Assembly: GCA_022072225.1 (NCBI GenBank)
Contig: JAJVIC010000002.1
Coordinates: 469,086-533,085 of the forward strand
Source: Bacteroidia bacterium
GTDB taxonomy: Bacteria; Bacteroidota; Bacteroidia; SXHM01
Length of the DNA stretch: 64,000 nucleotides
Direction: 5' to 3'
This document shows positions 1 through 10,400 of this stretch, in pieces. The notes below the pieces were generated by a model. It did no database searches. It saw only the letters and a list, made by a program, of their open reading frames with translations, and was not told the origin of the DNA. A program made the position numbers and the translations under genes. Every line of letters starts with the position of its first letter. The first letter of the stretch is position 1.

Positions 1-153
1 ATATTGTATCAGCCAGGGGCGCACAGGCGAAAGCACGGCCAGTGCAATAGTAAGAAACAGCGTAACGGCAAAGGTTTTTTTGTAAGGCTTTACAAATTCA
101 AAAACCCTGCTGAGTATTGGAAAATCAAATGCGTTGCCGGTAACTTTACTCAT
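1..153 (-). CDS. ABC transporter ATP-binding protein/permease (MsbA-like), N-terminal fragment running off the window start
   Basis: Reverse-complement of 1..153 reads MSKVTGNAFDFPILSRVFEFVKPYKKTFAVTLFLTIALAVLSPVRPWLIQY, a typical ABC exporter TMD N-terminus. Start codon at 151-153, 2 bp after the truA stop. No stop inside the window, so it is absent from the ORF track. Confidence 0.5.
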   Translation of the reverse strand, partial: MSKVTGNAFDFPILSRVFEFVKPYKKTFAVTLFLTIALAVLSPVRPWLIQY

Positions 154-913
154 TTATAAAAACATCATCTTTATATTCAATTTTTACCAGCGATAAACCT
201 TGTGCGGGCACTGAAAACCCGGCCATTGCTCGGTCTTTTCCTTCTACTATCTTTTCAAGTTGTTCAAAAGTTATTTTGTCTTTACCTACACCAACCAATG
301 TACCTACTATGGCGCGAACCATGTTTCTTAAAAAACGATTGGCCCGTATGGTAAAAACAAGTATTTCGCCTTCTTGTTTCCATTCGGCAAACTGCACGTT
401 GCAGAAATAGTTGCTAACCTGAGTATTTCCCTTGCTGAAACTTTTAAAATCCTTACTACCCAACAATGTTGCAGCCCCTTTGTTCATTTTCTCAATATCA
501 AGATTGCCGTAAACATACCACGCAAATTCGCGTAAAAAGGGATTGGGCGTTTGAATAATCTGATATTTGTAGGTACGGGCTATGGCATCAAAACGCGCAT
601 TGGCATTGTCGCGAACGCGCAGAATATCTAAAATAGACACATCTTTATTCAGCGTACAGTTTATGTGGTACATCAAATCTTTTTTTCCGGGAATTAAATC
701 TTTGCTGCAATCAAAGTGGGCATACATTTCGGCAGCGTGAACACCGGTATCGGTACGCCCTGCGCCATACACATAAATAGCTTCGTGTAATACTTTTGAT
801 AAGGCAATATTCAATTCGGCCTGTACCGAATGGGCATTAGCCTGAACCTGCCAGCCATGGAAGTTGGTTCCTTTGTAAGCAAGTTTTAGAAAATAGCGGG
901 GATATATTGGCAT
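146..913 (-). CDS. truA: tRNA pseudouridine(38-40) synthase TruA
   Basis: 255 aa. GRTDTGVHA catalytic-Asp motif and full-length TruA-like sequence. Confidence 0.9.
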   Translation of the reverse strand: MPIYPRYFLKLAYKGTNFHGWQVQANAHSVQAELNIALSKVLHEAIYVYGAGRTDTGVHAAEMYAHFDCSKDLIPGKKDLMYHINCTLNKDVSILDILRVRDNANARFDAIARTYKYQIIQTPNPFLREFAWYVYGNLDIEKMNKGAATLLGSKDFKSFSKGNTQVSNYFCNVQFAEWKQEGEILVFTIRANRFLRNMVRAIVGTLVGVGKDKITFEQLEKIVEGKDRAMAGFSVPAQGLSLVKIEYKDDVFINE

Positions 914-1018
914 ATATTTAAGGGCAACAAAAGTAGTATTCCAATGAAATTTTAAGGCCAGAACAACAAAATGAAAAAACTGTCGTTAAAAGCTTATAAT
1001 TTTTAATGTAGGTAAGAT

Positions 1019-1282
1019 ATGTTGACGTTTGAAGAATTGACAGAGCTTGTTTATGCGAATCCTGATAAAACAAGCAATGAGGCAGTTGCGCTGAACAAAG
1101 CATTGGAAAAAAAAATATGGTTCAGCGAAGAATATGAAATGGCGCGCGAGTTGCAATCGCTGATTGATGCAATGGAGTTTCTGCCCAATGAAAAAACATT
1201 GCTCAATATCCTGAACTTTGCAAGTTTAGCCCGCAAGCGAAACGAAAAAGTAGATAAGTATCTTAAAGTGGCACAGAATTAA
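1019..1282 (+). CDS. small hypothetical protein (87 aa)
   Basis: Charged, helix-like ORF filling the truA-folP gap. Convergently overlaps the folP 3' end by about 20 bp. No recognisable family. Confidence 0.4.
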   Translation: MLTFEELTELVYANPDKTSNEAVALNKALEKKIWFSEEYEMARELQSLIDAMEFLPNEKTLLNILNFASLARKRNEKVDKYLKVAQN

Positions 1283-2159
1283 GACGCTGAACTAATTTTA
1301 CTGCTTCCACAGTTTCTTTAACATCATGCACTCGTAGAATATTGGCACCCTTTTCTAATAGTAAGGTGTTCAGAACGGTGGTCCCGTTTAAAGCGTTTTC
1401 GGGTTTTGTACCCAACACTTTATTAATCATTGATTTTCGGGAAATGCCTGCCAGCAGGGGTTTGTCAAATATTCTGAAGTGTTCAAATTCTCTGAGCAAT
1501 TCATAATTCTGTTCCAGCGTTTTCCCGAAACCAAAGCCGGGGTCAAGGATAATATCGTTTAGTCCAAGGCGATGAAGTTTGTTTAGTCTTTCAGAGAAGT
1601 AGAACATTACTTCATTCAGCATTTTCCCTTCCTGCAAATTCTGTTGCATGGTCTGCGGTGTTCCTTTTATGTGCATCAATACATAAGGAACGCCTAAATC
1701 GGCAACCAACTCAAACATGCTTGCTCTGCTCCCCTCTCCTTTGGAGAGGGGTTGGGGGTGAGGCTGCCCAGAAATATCGTTGATAATTGCCGCTCCGTTT
1801 TCAATTGCTTTAAGCGCAACATTAGCCCTGAAAGTATCTACAGAAAAAACAGCATCAGGGAAACTCGTAACTAATTCTTTAAGGTAAGGCAGCAATCGTT
1901 TCAGTTCTTCTTCTTCGCTTATGTCTTCCGCTCCAGGGCGGCTTGAGTATGCACCTACATCAATAATTGCTACACCATCGTTCAGCATTTTTGCGCATTT
2001 AGTTATAGCGGCATCAATGGTATTCAATTCACCGCCATCATAAAACGAATCGGGTGTAAGGTTCAGTATTCCCATAACCAAAGGCGTTGATAAATCGAGG
2101 AGTTTGCCCCTGCAATTCAGCGTTTTTTTCTTTGTAAAAACTGTATCTTTCGCCACCAT
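1263..2159 (-). CDS. folP: dihydropteroate synthase
   Basis: 298 aa. ILNLTPDSFYDGG and DVGAYSSRPGA pterin-binding motifs. Carries an unusual in-frame insertion, QPHPQPLSKGEGS. Confidence 0.9.
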   Translation of the reverse strand: MVAKDTVFTKKKTLNCRGKLLDLSTPLVMGILNLTPDSFYDGGELNTIDAAITKCAKMLNDGVAIIDVGAYSSRPGAEDISEEEELKRLLPYLKELVTSFPDAVFSVDTFRANVALKAIENGAAIINDISGQPHPQPLSKGEGSRASMFELVADLGVPYVLMHIKGTPQTMQQNLQEGKMLNEVMFYFSERLNKLHRLGLNDIILDPGFGFGKTLEQNYELLREFEHFRIFDKPLLAGISRKSMINKVLGTKPENALNGTTVLNTLLLEKGANILRVHDVKETVEAVKLVQRLNSVPL

Positions 2160-2248
2160 TTGTGGGCAAAGTTAATGGTTATTGGTTATTAGTTATTTGT
2201 AGCCAACGCCCGATAACGATTAACAAATAACGGATAACTATTAAGACA

Positions 2249-2794
2249 ATGAGCAATACCTCGCGGCAGTTTGAACAGGTGATAGAACAATGCAGAAGCC
2301 TTTTCCTGAAAAAGATGAAAGATTACGGAACAGCATGGCGTGTATTGCGCATCAGTTCCATTACCGATCAGATTTTTATTAAAGCAAACCGTATCCGCAG
2401 TATTGAAGAAAAAGGAACACAGAAAGTAGCGGAAGACATTCGCTCAGAATACATCGGTATGGTTAATTATTCAGTGATTGGCTTAATACAACTTTCGCTT
2501 GGAGTTGCAGAGAATACAGAAATGGACCCGCTGGAAGTAGAGAAATTTTATAATAAATACATTTATGAGGCTAAGGCATTAATGGAAGATAAAAATCATG
2601 ATTACGGTGAGGCCTGGCGTGATATGCGACTGAGTTCGCTCACCGATTTAATTCTGATGAAGCTTTTGCGCATAAAACAAATTGAGGATAATAAAGGCAA
2701 AACACTGGTTTCGGAAGGCATTGACGCAAATTATCACGACATTATCAACTACAGCATTTTTGCGCTGATACGTTTGAACGAAGCCGGGAAATAA
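2249..2794 (+). CDS. DUF1599 domain-containing protein (tandem internal duplication)
   Basis: 181 aa with two homologous halves (DYGTAWRVLRISSITDQIFIKANRIRSIEEKG and DYGEAWRDMRLSSLTDLILMKLLRIKQIEDNKG). Family is typically found next to folP in Bacteroidota. Confidence 0.8.
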   Translation: MSNTSRQFEQVIEQCRSLFLKKMKDYGTAWRVLRISSITDQIFIKANRIRSIEEKGTQKVAEDIRSEYIGMVNYSVIGLIQLSLGVAENTEMDPLEVEKFYNKYIYEAKALMEDKNHDYGEAWRDMRLSSLTDLILMKLLRIKQIEDNKGKTLVSEGIDANYHDIINYSIFALIRLNEAGK

Positions 2795-2861
2795 ATTTTA
2801 ACAACGCATTAACAGCAAACAGAAATTCTGTTGCTGAATTTCGCAGAAAAATTTCAGAACC

Positions 2862-4145
2862 ATGAACTACATCACAAAAATTGCACGTTACTTAGTCGGC
2901 ACACTTTTTATTTTCTCGGGATTGGTAAAAGCCAATGACCCGATTGGTTTTTCTTACAAGTTGCAGGAATATTTTGAGGAGTTTGAAAAACTGAAAGTTT
3001 ACTTTTCTCCGTTAGAGGGTTTCTTTAAGTTGCTGCACGACCTGTCGCTTGAGCAAGCCATTTTTATGGTTGTGTTGGAGATAGTTTTGGGTATTGCCAT
3101 TATTTCGGGTTACCTGCCAAAACTTACGGCATGGCTGCTTTTATTGCTGATACTGTTCTTCACAGCCTTAACATTTGCATCTGCACAATATGAGATTGTT
3201 CGTTCCTGCGGTTGTTTTGGTGATGCTATTCCGCTTACACCCTGGGAATCGTTTTATAAAGACATCGTTCTGCTGACACTTATCCTGTTCATTTTTACAC
3301 AGAAAAATAAAATTGAGCCCAACAAAGTAGATGCTCTGGATATTGTAATGGCTGTGCTTTGTATCGGTGCGCTTGCATGGCTTTCGTTCAGCCTGCTGAA
3401 ATGGGCTTTCCCATTTGTGGTTGGATTGGTACTTATTGGTGGTTATGTTATCTGGAGTTTTGTTGCACCCAAACAAAATGTAGCTATGTATAAAACATTG
3501 ATAGGACTGATTATTTCAGGTTATTTTACCTACCGTTGCTATGCACATTTGCCTGCAAAAGATTTTCGTGCTTATGCTGTAGGAAAGAGTATTCCCGAAC
3601 AGATGCAGGGCATTCCCGACAAGGTACAGTATCATTATTTGCTTAGCAACAAGGCTACCGGAAAGCAACAGGAATTTACAGAGTTTCCACCGAATTATGA
3701 AGCCGAGTGGAACTATGACACATTGCGAATTGAAGTGCTTGAAAAAGGAGTGGAACCTAAAATTACCGATTTCAGCATCAGTAATAATGACGGAGATGAA
3801 TATACCGATGATTTTTTTCAGGGCTACCAGTTTCTGTTGATTTATTATGATTTGGATAAAGCATGCAACAGCAAACAGGCAGAGATAAATGCTTTTGCCG
3901 AAAAAGCTAAGAAAGACGGTTTTAATTTTAATGGATTAACCGCTTCTATCGGAAAAACTCAGGAAGATTTTGTTGCTAAAAACAAACCTGCTTATGAGTT
4001 CTGGGTTTGCGATCAGGTTGTTCTGAAAACCATTATCCGTTCCAACCCGGGATTAGTGTTGCTGAAAGACGGTGTGGTGCTTGGACAATGGCATCATAAT
4101 GATTTTCCTGACTACCAAAAAGTAAAAGAAAAGTATCTGAAATAA
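2862..4145 (+). CDS. DoxX/MauE-like membrane protein with C-terminal soluble domain
   Basis: 427 aa. N-terminus MNYITKIARYLVGTLFIFSGLVKANDPIGFSYKLQEYF is DoxX-like. Multiple TM helices, then a hydrophilic C-terminal domain of about 200 aa. Confidence 0.6.
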   Translation: MNYITKIARYLVGTLFIFSGLVKANDPIGFSYKLQEYFEEFEKLKVYFSPLEGFFKLLHDLSLEQAIFMVVLEIVLGIAIISGYLPKLTAWLLLLLILFFTALTFASAQYEIVRSCGCFGDAIPLTPWESFYKDIVLLTLILFIFTQKNKIEPNKVDALDIVMAVLCIGALAWLSFSLLKWAFPFVVGLVLIGGYVIWSFVAPKQNVAMYKTLIGLIISGYFTYRCYAHLPAKDFRAYAVGKSIPEQMQGIPDKVQYHYLLSNKATGKQQEFTEFPPNYEAEWNYDTLRIEVLEKGVEPKITDFSISNNDGDEYTDDFFQGYQFLLIYYDLDKACNSKQAEINAFAEKAKKDGFNFNGLTASIGKTQEDFVAKNKPAYEFWVCDQVVLKTIIRSNPGLVLLKDGVVLGQWHHNDFPDYQKVKEKYLK

Positions 4146-4194
4146 TGGAGCAGTTAGATGGTGCTTTTGAATTTTGACTTTATAACTTATTAAT

Positions 4195-5271
4195 TTGTTA
4201 AACTACCTCACCGGACGCATTCTCTACAGCCTGCTGGTTATCCTCGGCATTATTACGGTGGTGTTCTTGTTGTTCAGTGTTCTTCCGGGCGACCCAGCGA
4301 GGATGATGCTTGGACAGCGTGCCGATAAAGAATCGGTTGAAGCAATCAACAAAGATTTGGGGCGCGATAAGCCGCTGCTTCAGCAGTATCTGAAATTTGT
4401 GAATGATGTTTCTCCGCTTTCGTTTCACGATACAAAAAATGAAAACCATTTTCTGTTTTTAGATGAAACGAAATATGATAATTATATAACGCTAGTTTCT
4501 GTTTCTTCAAAAGCTCTGGTGCTGAAAACGCCATACCTCAGGCGCTCGTATCAGAGCCAAAGAAATGTTTCTTCCATATTGTTGGAAGCTTTGCCGGGAA
4601 CAACCATATTGGCAATGGTTTCTATGTTGATTGCAACCATACTGGGCGTTTTTCTGGGCGTGTATGCAGCCGTAAATAAAAATACCTATGCCGACAGAAT
4701 CAGTATGGTGTTGAGCATCTTTGGAATGTCGCTTCCATCTTTTGTGGCAGCTATTTTAGTGGTGTGGGTTTTTGCTTATTTACTGGGAGATATAACCGGA
4801 TTACCTGTAACCGGAAGCCTTTACGAAATAGATGAATTTGAAGGACGCACCATTGCATGGAAAAACTTAATTCTTCCGGCTTTTACGTTGGGTATTCGTC
4901 CCTTGGCTATTGTTATGCAACTTACGCGCAGTTCTATGCTGGAAGTGTTGAGCATGGATTATATCCGTACAGCACGGGCAAAAGGATTGCATTTTTACAA
5001 TATTCTTTTCAGACATGCACTGGTGAATGCGCTAAATCCTGTGGTAACTGCTATTTCAGGTTGGTTTGCTTCGCTGATGGCAGGGGCAGTATTTGTTGAA
5101 ATTATTTTCGGTTGGAAAGGTTTGGGCGTAGTAATGCTGGATGCTTTGAATAAATATGATTTACCTGTGGTAATGGGTTCGGTGTTATTAGTTTCGGTTA
5201 TATTTGTTGCGGTGAGCATAGCCGTTGATTTTATTTATGCGCTCATTGATCCCCGCGTGAAGGTTTATTAA
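4195..5271 (+). CDS. ABC transporter permease (DppB/OppB-type), orphan; TTG start
   Basis: 358 aa. N-terminus MLNYLTGRILYSLLVILGIITVVFLLFSVLPGDPA matches the canonical permease N-terminus and starts on TTG. EAA-like loop present. No adjacent ATPase or binding protein. Confidence 0.75.
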   Translation: MLNYLTGRILYSLLVILGIITVVFLLFSVLPGDPARMMLGQRADKESVEAINKDLGRDKPLLQQYLKFVNDVSPLSFHDTKNENHFLFLDETKYDNYITLVSVSSKALVLKTPYLRRSYQSQRNVSSILLEALPGTTILAMVSMLIATILGVFLGVYAAVNKNTYADRISMVLSIFGMSLPSFVAAILVVWVFAYLLGDITGLPVTGSLYEIDEFEGRTIAWKNLILPAFTLGIRPLAIVMQLTRSSMLEVLSMDYIRTARAKGLHFYNILFRHALVNALNPVVTAISGWFASLMAGAVFVEIIFGWKGLGVVMLDALNKYDLPVVMGSVLLVSVIFVAVSIAVDFIYALIDPRVKVY

Positions 5272-5284
5272 AAAAACAAAAACC

Positions 5285-6046
5285 ATGAGAAAAAAAATAG
5301 TTGCCGGAAACTGGAAAATGAACAATACTCTTCAGGAGGGTTTAGCGCTTACATTTCGTATCATTGATTTGCTCAAAGAAAATCCAGCAGATCATGTAAA
5401 AGTTATTGTTGCCCCACCCTTTACTTCACTGCATCCGATATGTGAGTTAATTAATAAAGAGGGTGTTATACATCTTGCTGCTCAGGATTGTCATCAGGAA
5501 AAATCAGGTGCTTTTACAGGCGAAGTTTCTTCCGATATGTTATTTGATCTTGGTGTTAAATATGTAATTGTAGGCCATTCAGAACGCAGGCATTATTTTA
5601 ATGAAACCGATGCATTGGTGCTTGCCAAAGCAGAAGCAGCATTGGATGTTGGTCTTCGTCCGATTATGTGTTTTGGTGAAACTCAGGAACAACGTAGCAG
5701 AGGTGAACATTTTGATGCAGTAAAAAAGCAACTCGAAAATTCGTTGCTGAAAATAAATCCTGCCGATATTGCACATGTTGTTATTGCTTATGAACCTGTT
5801 TGGGCAATTGGCACCGGCCAAAACGCCACGCCTCAGCAAGCGCAGGAAATGCATGCTTTTATCCGCAGTACAGTTGCCGGTAAGTTTGGTAAAAATGCAG
5901 CAGACGATATTTTAATTATTTATGGCGGAAGTTGTAATTCGAAAAATTCAAAAGAACTTTTCTCTCAGCCCGATATTGATGGTGGATTGATAGGTGGTGC
6001 TTCGCTTAAAGCTGACGAGTTTGTTCAGATAGTAAGGTCTGCATAA
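5285..6046 (+). CDS. tpiA: triose-phosphate isomerase
   Basis: 253 aa. AGNWKMN, AYEPVWAIGTG and GGASLK signatures. Confidence 0.95.
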   Translation: MRKKIVAGNWKMNNTLQEGLALTFRIIDLLKENPADHVKVIVAPPFTSLHPICELINKEGVIHLAAQDCHQEKSGAFTGEVSSDMLFDLGVKYVIVGHSERRHYFNETDALVLAKAEAALDVGLRPIMCFGETQEQRSRGEHFDAVKKQLENSLLKINPADIAHVVIAYEPVWAIGTGQNATPQQAQEMHAFIRSTVAGKFGKNAADDILIIYGGSCNSKNSKELFSQPDIDGGLIGGASLKADEFVQIVRSA

Positions 6047-6049
6047 CTA

Positions 6050-6379
6050 TTATTCAAATACAAAATACAATCCGGCCATTATTACACAAATAGCCAGTCC
6101 TGTAAATCCGAAAAGTATAGCGTAGTAAAACTCCGGAAAAGGGTTTAATATGCTAAGTACACAACTTATAAATCCAAGAAAAGCGCCAACACCCAGGCAA
6201 ATAAACCCATTGAACTGTTGTTTGGCATGCCGCTGTTTTTTATACTCTTTCACAAACTGTTCAATAGTTGCAGCATCCATTTGTTGATTGTTTAATTCCT
6301 GTGCAACCTGATCCGCTGAGTAATTTAAACTCAGCCAGTGCTCAAACTGTATGTTGTTATTTGTTGTTTCAGTTGTCAT
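6050..6379 (-). CDS. small membrane protein, hypothetical
   Basis: ORF 6050..6409. Likely true start at the internal Met (MTTETTNNNIQF, cat at 6377-6379). Two C-terminal TM helices. Confidence 0.4.
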   Translation of the reverse strand: MTTETTNNNIQFEHWLSLNYSADQVAQELNNQQMDAATIEQFVKEYKKQRHAKQQFNGFICLGVGAFLGFISCVLSILNPFPEFYYAILFGFTGLAICVIMAGLYFVFE

Positions 6380-6499
6380 TTGTTTTGTTTTAATTGGGTT
6401 GAAACACAAGGTGTAAGTGGGCCTTAAATTAATATGATTTCTGTGAAATGCAAATCATATCAGTGATTATGTATTTGATAATATCAGCATTGCTCTTTT

Positions 6500-7405
6500 T
6501 TGTTAGTAAAAAATAACACTTCATGGGAAATAAAACAGCTACTTTTGAAATCATTAAATTCTTATTTCACTGCATTGGACTACGTACAACTATTTTGCAA
6601 AATAACGCCTATAGAACCGGGAGTTGATATTGTAACCGCTCAGCTGGCCGATATAGATTTTGAAAGTTTTGAAGAAACGGATCAAGGTTTGAATGCTTAC
6701 ATGCCGTCACATTTTTTTGATGAAGAAAAAGTCAAACATGTTTTAGATTCATTAGAAAATATAGAAGTAGAATACCACTATAAACTAATTCCCGCCCAAA
6801 ACTGGAACGCAGTATGGGAAAGCAATTTTGAACCTGTTATTATTGATGGTCGTTGTTCGGTTCGCGCACCCTTTCATCCTAAACCTGAAGGTATGGATTT
6901 TGATTTGGTGATAGAACCCAAAATGTCGTTCGGTACAGCACATCATGAAACTACGTCCTTGATGATTTCATATTTACTGCAAACAGATGTAAAAGGCAAA
7001 GATGTGCTGGATATGGGCTGCGGAACAGCAGTGTTGGCAATATTGGCAGGCATGAAAGGTGCAAAAAATATTACCGCAATAGATATTGACGAGTGGCCTG
7101 TAGAGAATGCAAAAGAAAATGCACGCAACAATAATATGCAGCTTATTGAAGTTATAATGGGAGGAGCGGAACATCTTGGAAATAAAATGTTTGATGTTAT
7201 TCTTGCGAATATTAACCGTAATGTGTTGCTGGCCGATATGGCATCCTATTCAAATGTTTTAAATAAAAACGGAACATTGTTTCTAAGCGGATTTTACAAA
7301 GAAGATTTAGAACAAATTACTAACACTGCTTTTGAAAATGGTTTGGAATTTGTTTCTTTCGAAACAAAAAATAACTGGACGGCTGCACAGTACTTAAAAA
7401 AATAA
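6500..7405 (+). CDS. prmA: ribosomal protein L11 methyltransferase PrmA
   Basis: MDFDLVIEPKMSFGTAHHETT and DVLDMGCGTAVLAILA SAM-binding motifs. Both candidate starts are TTG: 6500, or more probably 6575 (MDYVQLFCKITP aligns with PrmA N-termini). Confidence 0.85.
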   Translation: MLVKNNTSWEIKQLLLKSLNSYFTALDYVQLFCKITPIEPGVDIVTAQLADIDFESFEETDQGLNAYMPSHFFDEEKVKHVLDSLENIEVEYHYKLIPAQNWNAVWESNFEPVIIDGRCSVRAPFHPKPEGMDFDLVIEPKMSFGTAHHETTSLMISYLLQTDVKGKDVLDMGCGTAVLAILAGMKGAKNITAIDIDEWPVENAKENARNNNMQLIEVIMGGAEHLGNKMFDVILANINRNVLLADMASYSNVLNKNGTLFLSGFYKEDLEQITNTAFENGLEFVSFETKNNWTAAQYLKK

Positions 7406-7414
7406 ACTCCACGG

Positions 7415-10400
7415 ATGATACAATTAAAATTTAAACACTTTGCATTAACACTTTTTACTTTACTTGTTGTGCAGGTAGCTTCAGCTCAAACCCCCAAACA
7501 ATTTACTCACGATAAGGTGAAGTTTCTTGCAGAAATGCAGGCATTTTTGGAATCGAGCAACGAGAAAGAAACCAAGGAGTTTTTTAAAATTTTTACACCA
7601 GTATGGGAAAGTACTTCGCTTTCCGATGCGCAGCGCGAACGTATTTATACCTTTTGCGAAACACTGTTGAAAAAGCGTAAAAAGGCATCGGATTTCAATT
7701 TGTATTTACAGGCAATTATGAATTTTGTAAAGTACCAGCAGCCTGCCGGAAATTTTGATCCCTGGATGCTTTCATTGGAAAAAACAATTGAAAAAGAAGC
7801 GCGTGGTGGGTTTTCTAAATACCTTGAAATAAGCGCAGGATTATTCAAAGATAATACACTGTATGAATCGCGCGCAGTTCGCTGGGCAGCCGACAATAAT
7901 AACTATGTTTTTAGCTTTGATTCTATTCCGGTTATCAGTTTTTCAGCGCTTACTTTAGCCTGCCATACCAAGGGCGACAGTTCTGTAATATTAAACACCA
8001 AAGGAAATTATTATCCAACGGAGGAAGTATTCAAAGGAGAAAAAGGAAGAGTAACCTGGCAGCGTGCGGGATTAGATCCTGCAAAATGTTATGCTGAATT
8101 TGGTGATTTTAAAATTGATGTTACCAAATCACAATACAACATTGATTCCGTTACTTTTAATAATCCTGATTATTTTAAGGAGCCGCTGTTTGGTCAACTT
8201 ACTGATAAAGTAAAAGCCAATGTAGATGAAGATAATGCTACCTATCCGCGCTTCGATTCTTATCTGGTGAATTTGCAGATAAAAGACTTGCAGAAAAATG
8301 TTGACTATGAAGGTGGTTTCTCTATGCACGGATCCAAGTTTATTGGTTCGGGTAACAAACAGAACGATGCAATGTTAACCTTCCGTTGGACTAATCCTGA
8401 TACAAAAGTGGAGTATAAGCTCATAAAAGCCAAAGCCAAAAATTTTGTGATTAAAAAAGACCGTATTATGTCTGAAAAAGCCTCTGTTACCCTCTATTGG
8501 GAAAAAGATTCACTTTTTCATCCCGGCCTTGAATTGAAGTTTAATATCGAAGACCGCGAGTTAGCGCTTATACGCAATGAACAGGGAATGGGCAAAACGC
8601 CCTTTTTTGACACATATCATAAAGTGGATTTGTACATAGAGGGTGTTTATTGGAAAATTGATGATCCTGTAATAGGAATGAAAATGATTTCGGGCGGTGC
8701 AGAAAGCAAAGCATTATTTGAATCCGCTAACTTCTGGGACGATTTCCGTTACACCAAAATTCAGGGGCTTGACGATGTTAATCCTCTGATAAAAATTAAG
8801 AAGTATTCTGAAATGCGCGGAACAAAAACACTGAATGCATCAGACATTGCCGGTTATTTTAAAATATCAGATTCTGAAATGCGCGGAACATTAATGCGCC
8901 TTTCTACAATGGGCTTTTTAATTTACAACACCGAAACAGATGTGGTTACCATTAAAGACCGACTTTATGACTACATCAATGCAAAGTCGCGCAAAACCGA
9001 CTACGATGTTATACAGTTTAATTCAGTTATCAGTAAATACGATAACGCCTCTATCAATCTGTTGAATTTTGATGTAAAAATTCGTGGCGTTGCCCAAATT
9101 TTTCTCAGCGATTCTCAGGATGTATTTATTTTTCCACGCGAGCAGGAAGTTATTCTGCAAAAGAACCGCGACTTTACTTTTGATGGCAAAGTTGTTTCCG
9201 GCAGGTTTGATATTTTCGGAAAAGAATTTGCCTTCAATTACGATGAGTTTAAGATTGATATGAAGAAGATTGACTCATTGCGGATGAAAGTTCCTGAAGG
9301 CGAACCTGATGAGTTCGGAAAAGTAAAATTGGTTCCCGTGCGTACGGTGTTACAGGATCTGGAAGGCGAGGTGCTTATTGATCATCCCAACAATAAATCA
9401 GGTTTGGAAGATTTTCCAAAATATCCGGTATTTAACAGTAAACGCGAATCATTTGTTTACTACGATAAAAAATCAATTCAGCGCGGGGCTTACGATAAGG
9501 AACGCTTCTATTTTAAACTTGAACCTTTTTCAGTTGACAGTTTGGATAACTTTACAAAAGAAGGTCTTGCTTTTGACGGTGAGTTTATGTCGGCCGGAAT
9601 TTTTCCCGATATGAAAGAGACGCTTAAACTGCAGCCGGATTTTTCGTTGGGTTTTGTTAAAGAAACTCCGCCTGAAGGCTATGAAGTATATGGAGGGAAA
9701 GGAAAATACAATGCTACCATCAGCCTTAGCAATCAAGGTCTGAAAGGTGATGGTACGTTAGATTACCTGACATCTACATCAAAATCAAACGAATTTATTT
9801 TCTACCCGGATTCAACAAATGCCATAGCACAGGATTTTGTACTGCGAGAACAAGCCGGTGGCGTTCAATATCCGCCTGCAAGCGGTAAAGATGTGGCTAT
9901 ACATTGGGAACCTAAAAATGAGCATTTTTATGTTAGTAAAATTAATACACCGCTTGATATGTATGCATCGCAAAGTGTATTGCACGGAAGACTTGATTTA
10001 ACACCAACAGGCCTTACAGGTAACGGTAAAATGGAATTTGTTCAGTCGGAACTGGAGTCTGAGAAATTTGTTTACCAGTTTCAGGATTTCAGGGCAGATA
10101 CATCTAACTTTAAGTTGAAAGGTTCTGACGCAGCTTCACTTGCATTTTCAACCAATAACGTAAATGCACACATCAATTTTAAAGAACGCTGGGGCGAATT
10201 CAAGTCAAACGGACAAGGCTCGTTTGTTGACTTTCCCGAGAACCAATATATCTGCTACATAGATCAGTTCAAATGGTTTATGGATCAGGAAGATATTCAG
10301 ATTACAGCCGGAACAGATGCCAAAAGCATGGAAATGGGGGGCTCAAAATTTATTTCAGTTCATCCGGCTCAGGATTCGCTTCAGTTTGTTGCACCATCAG

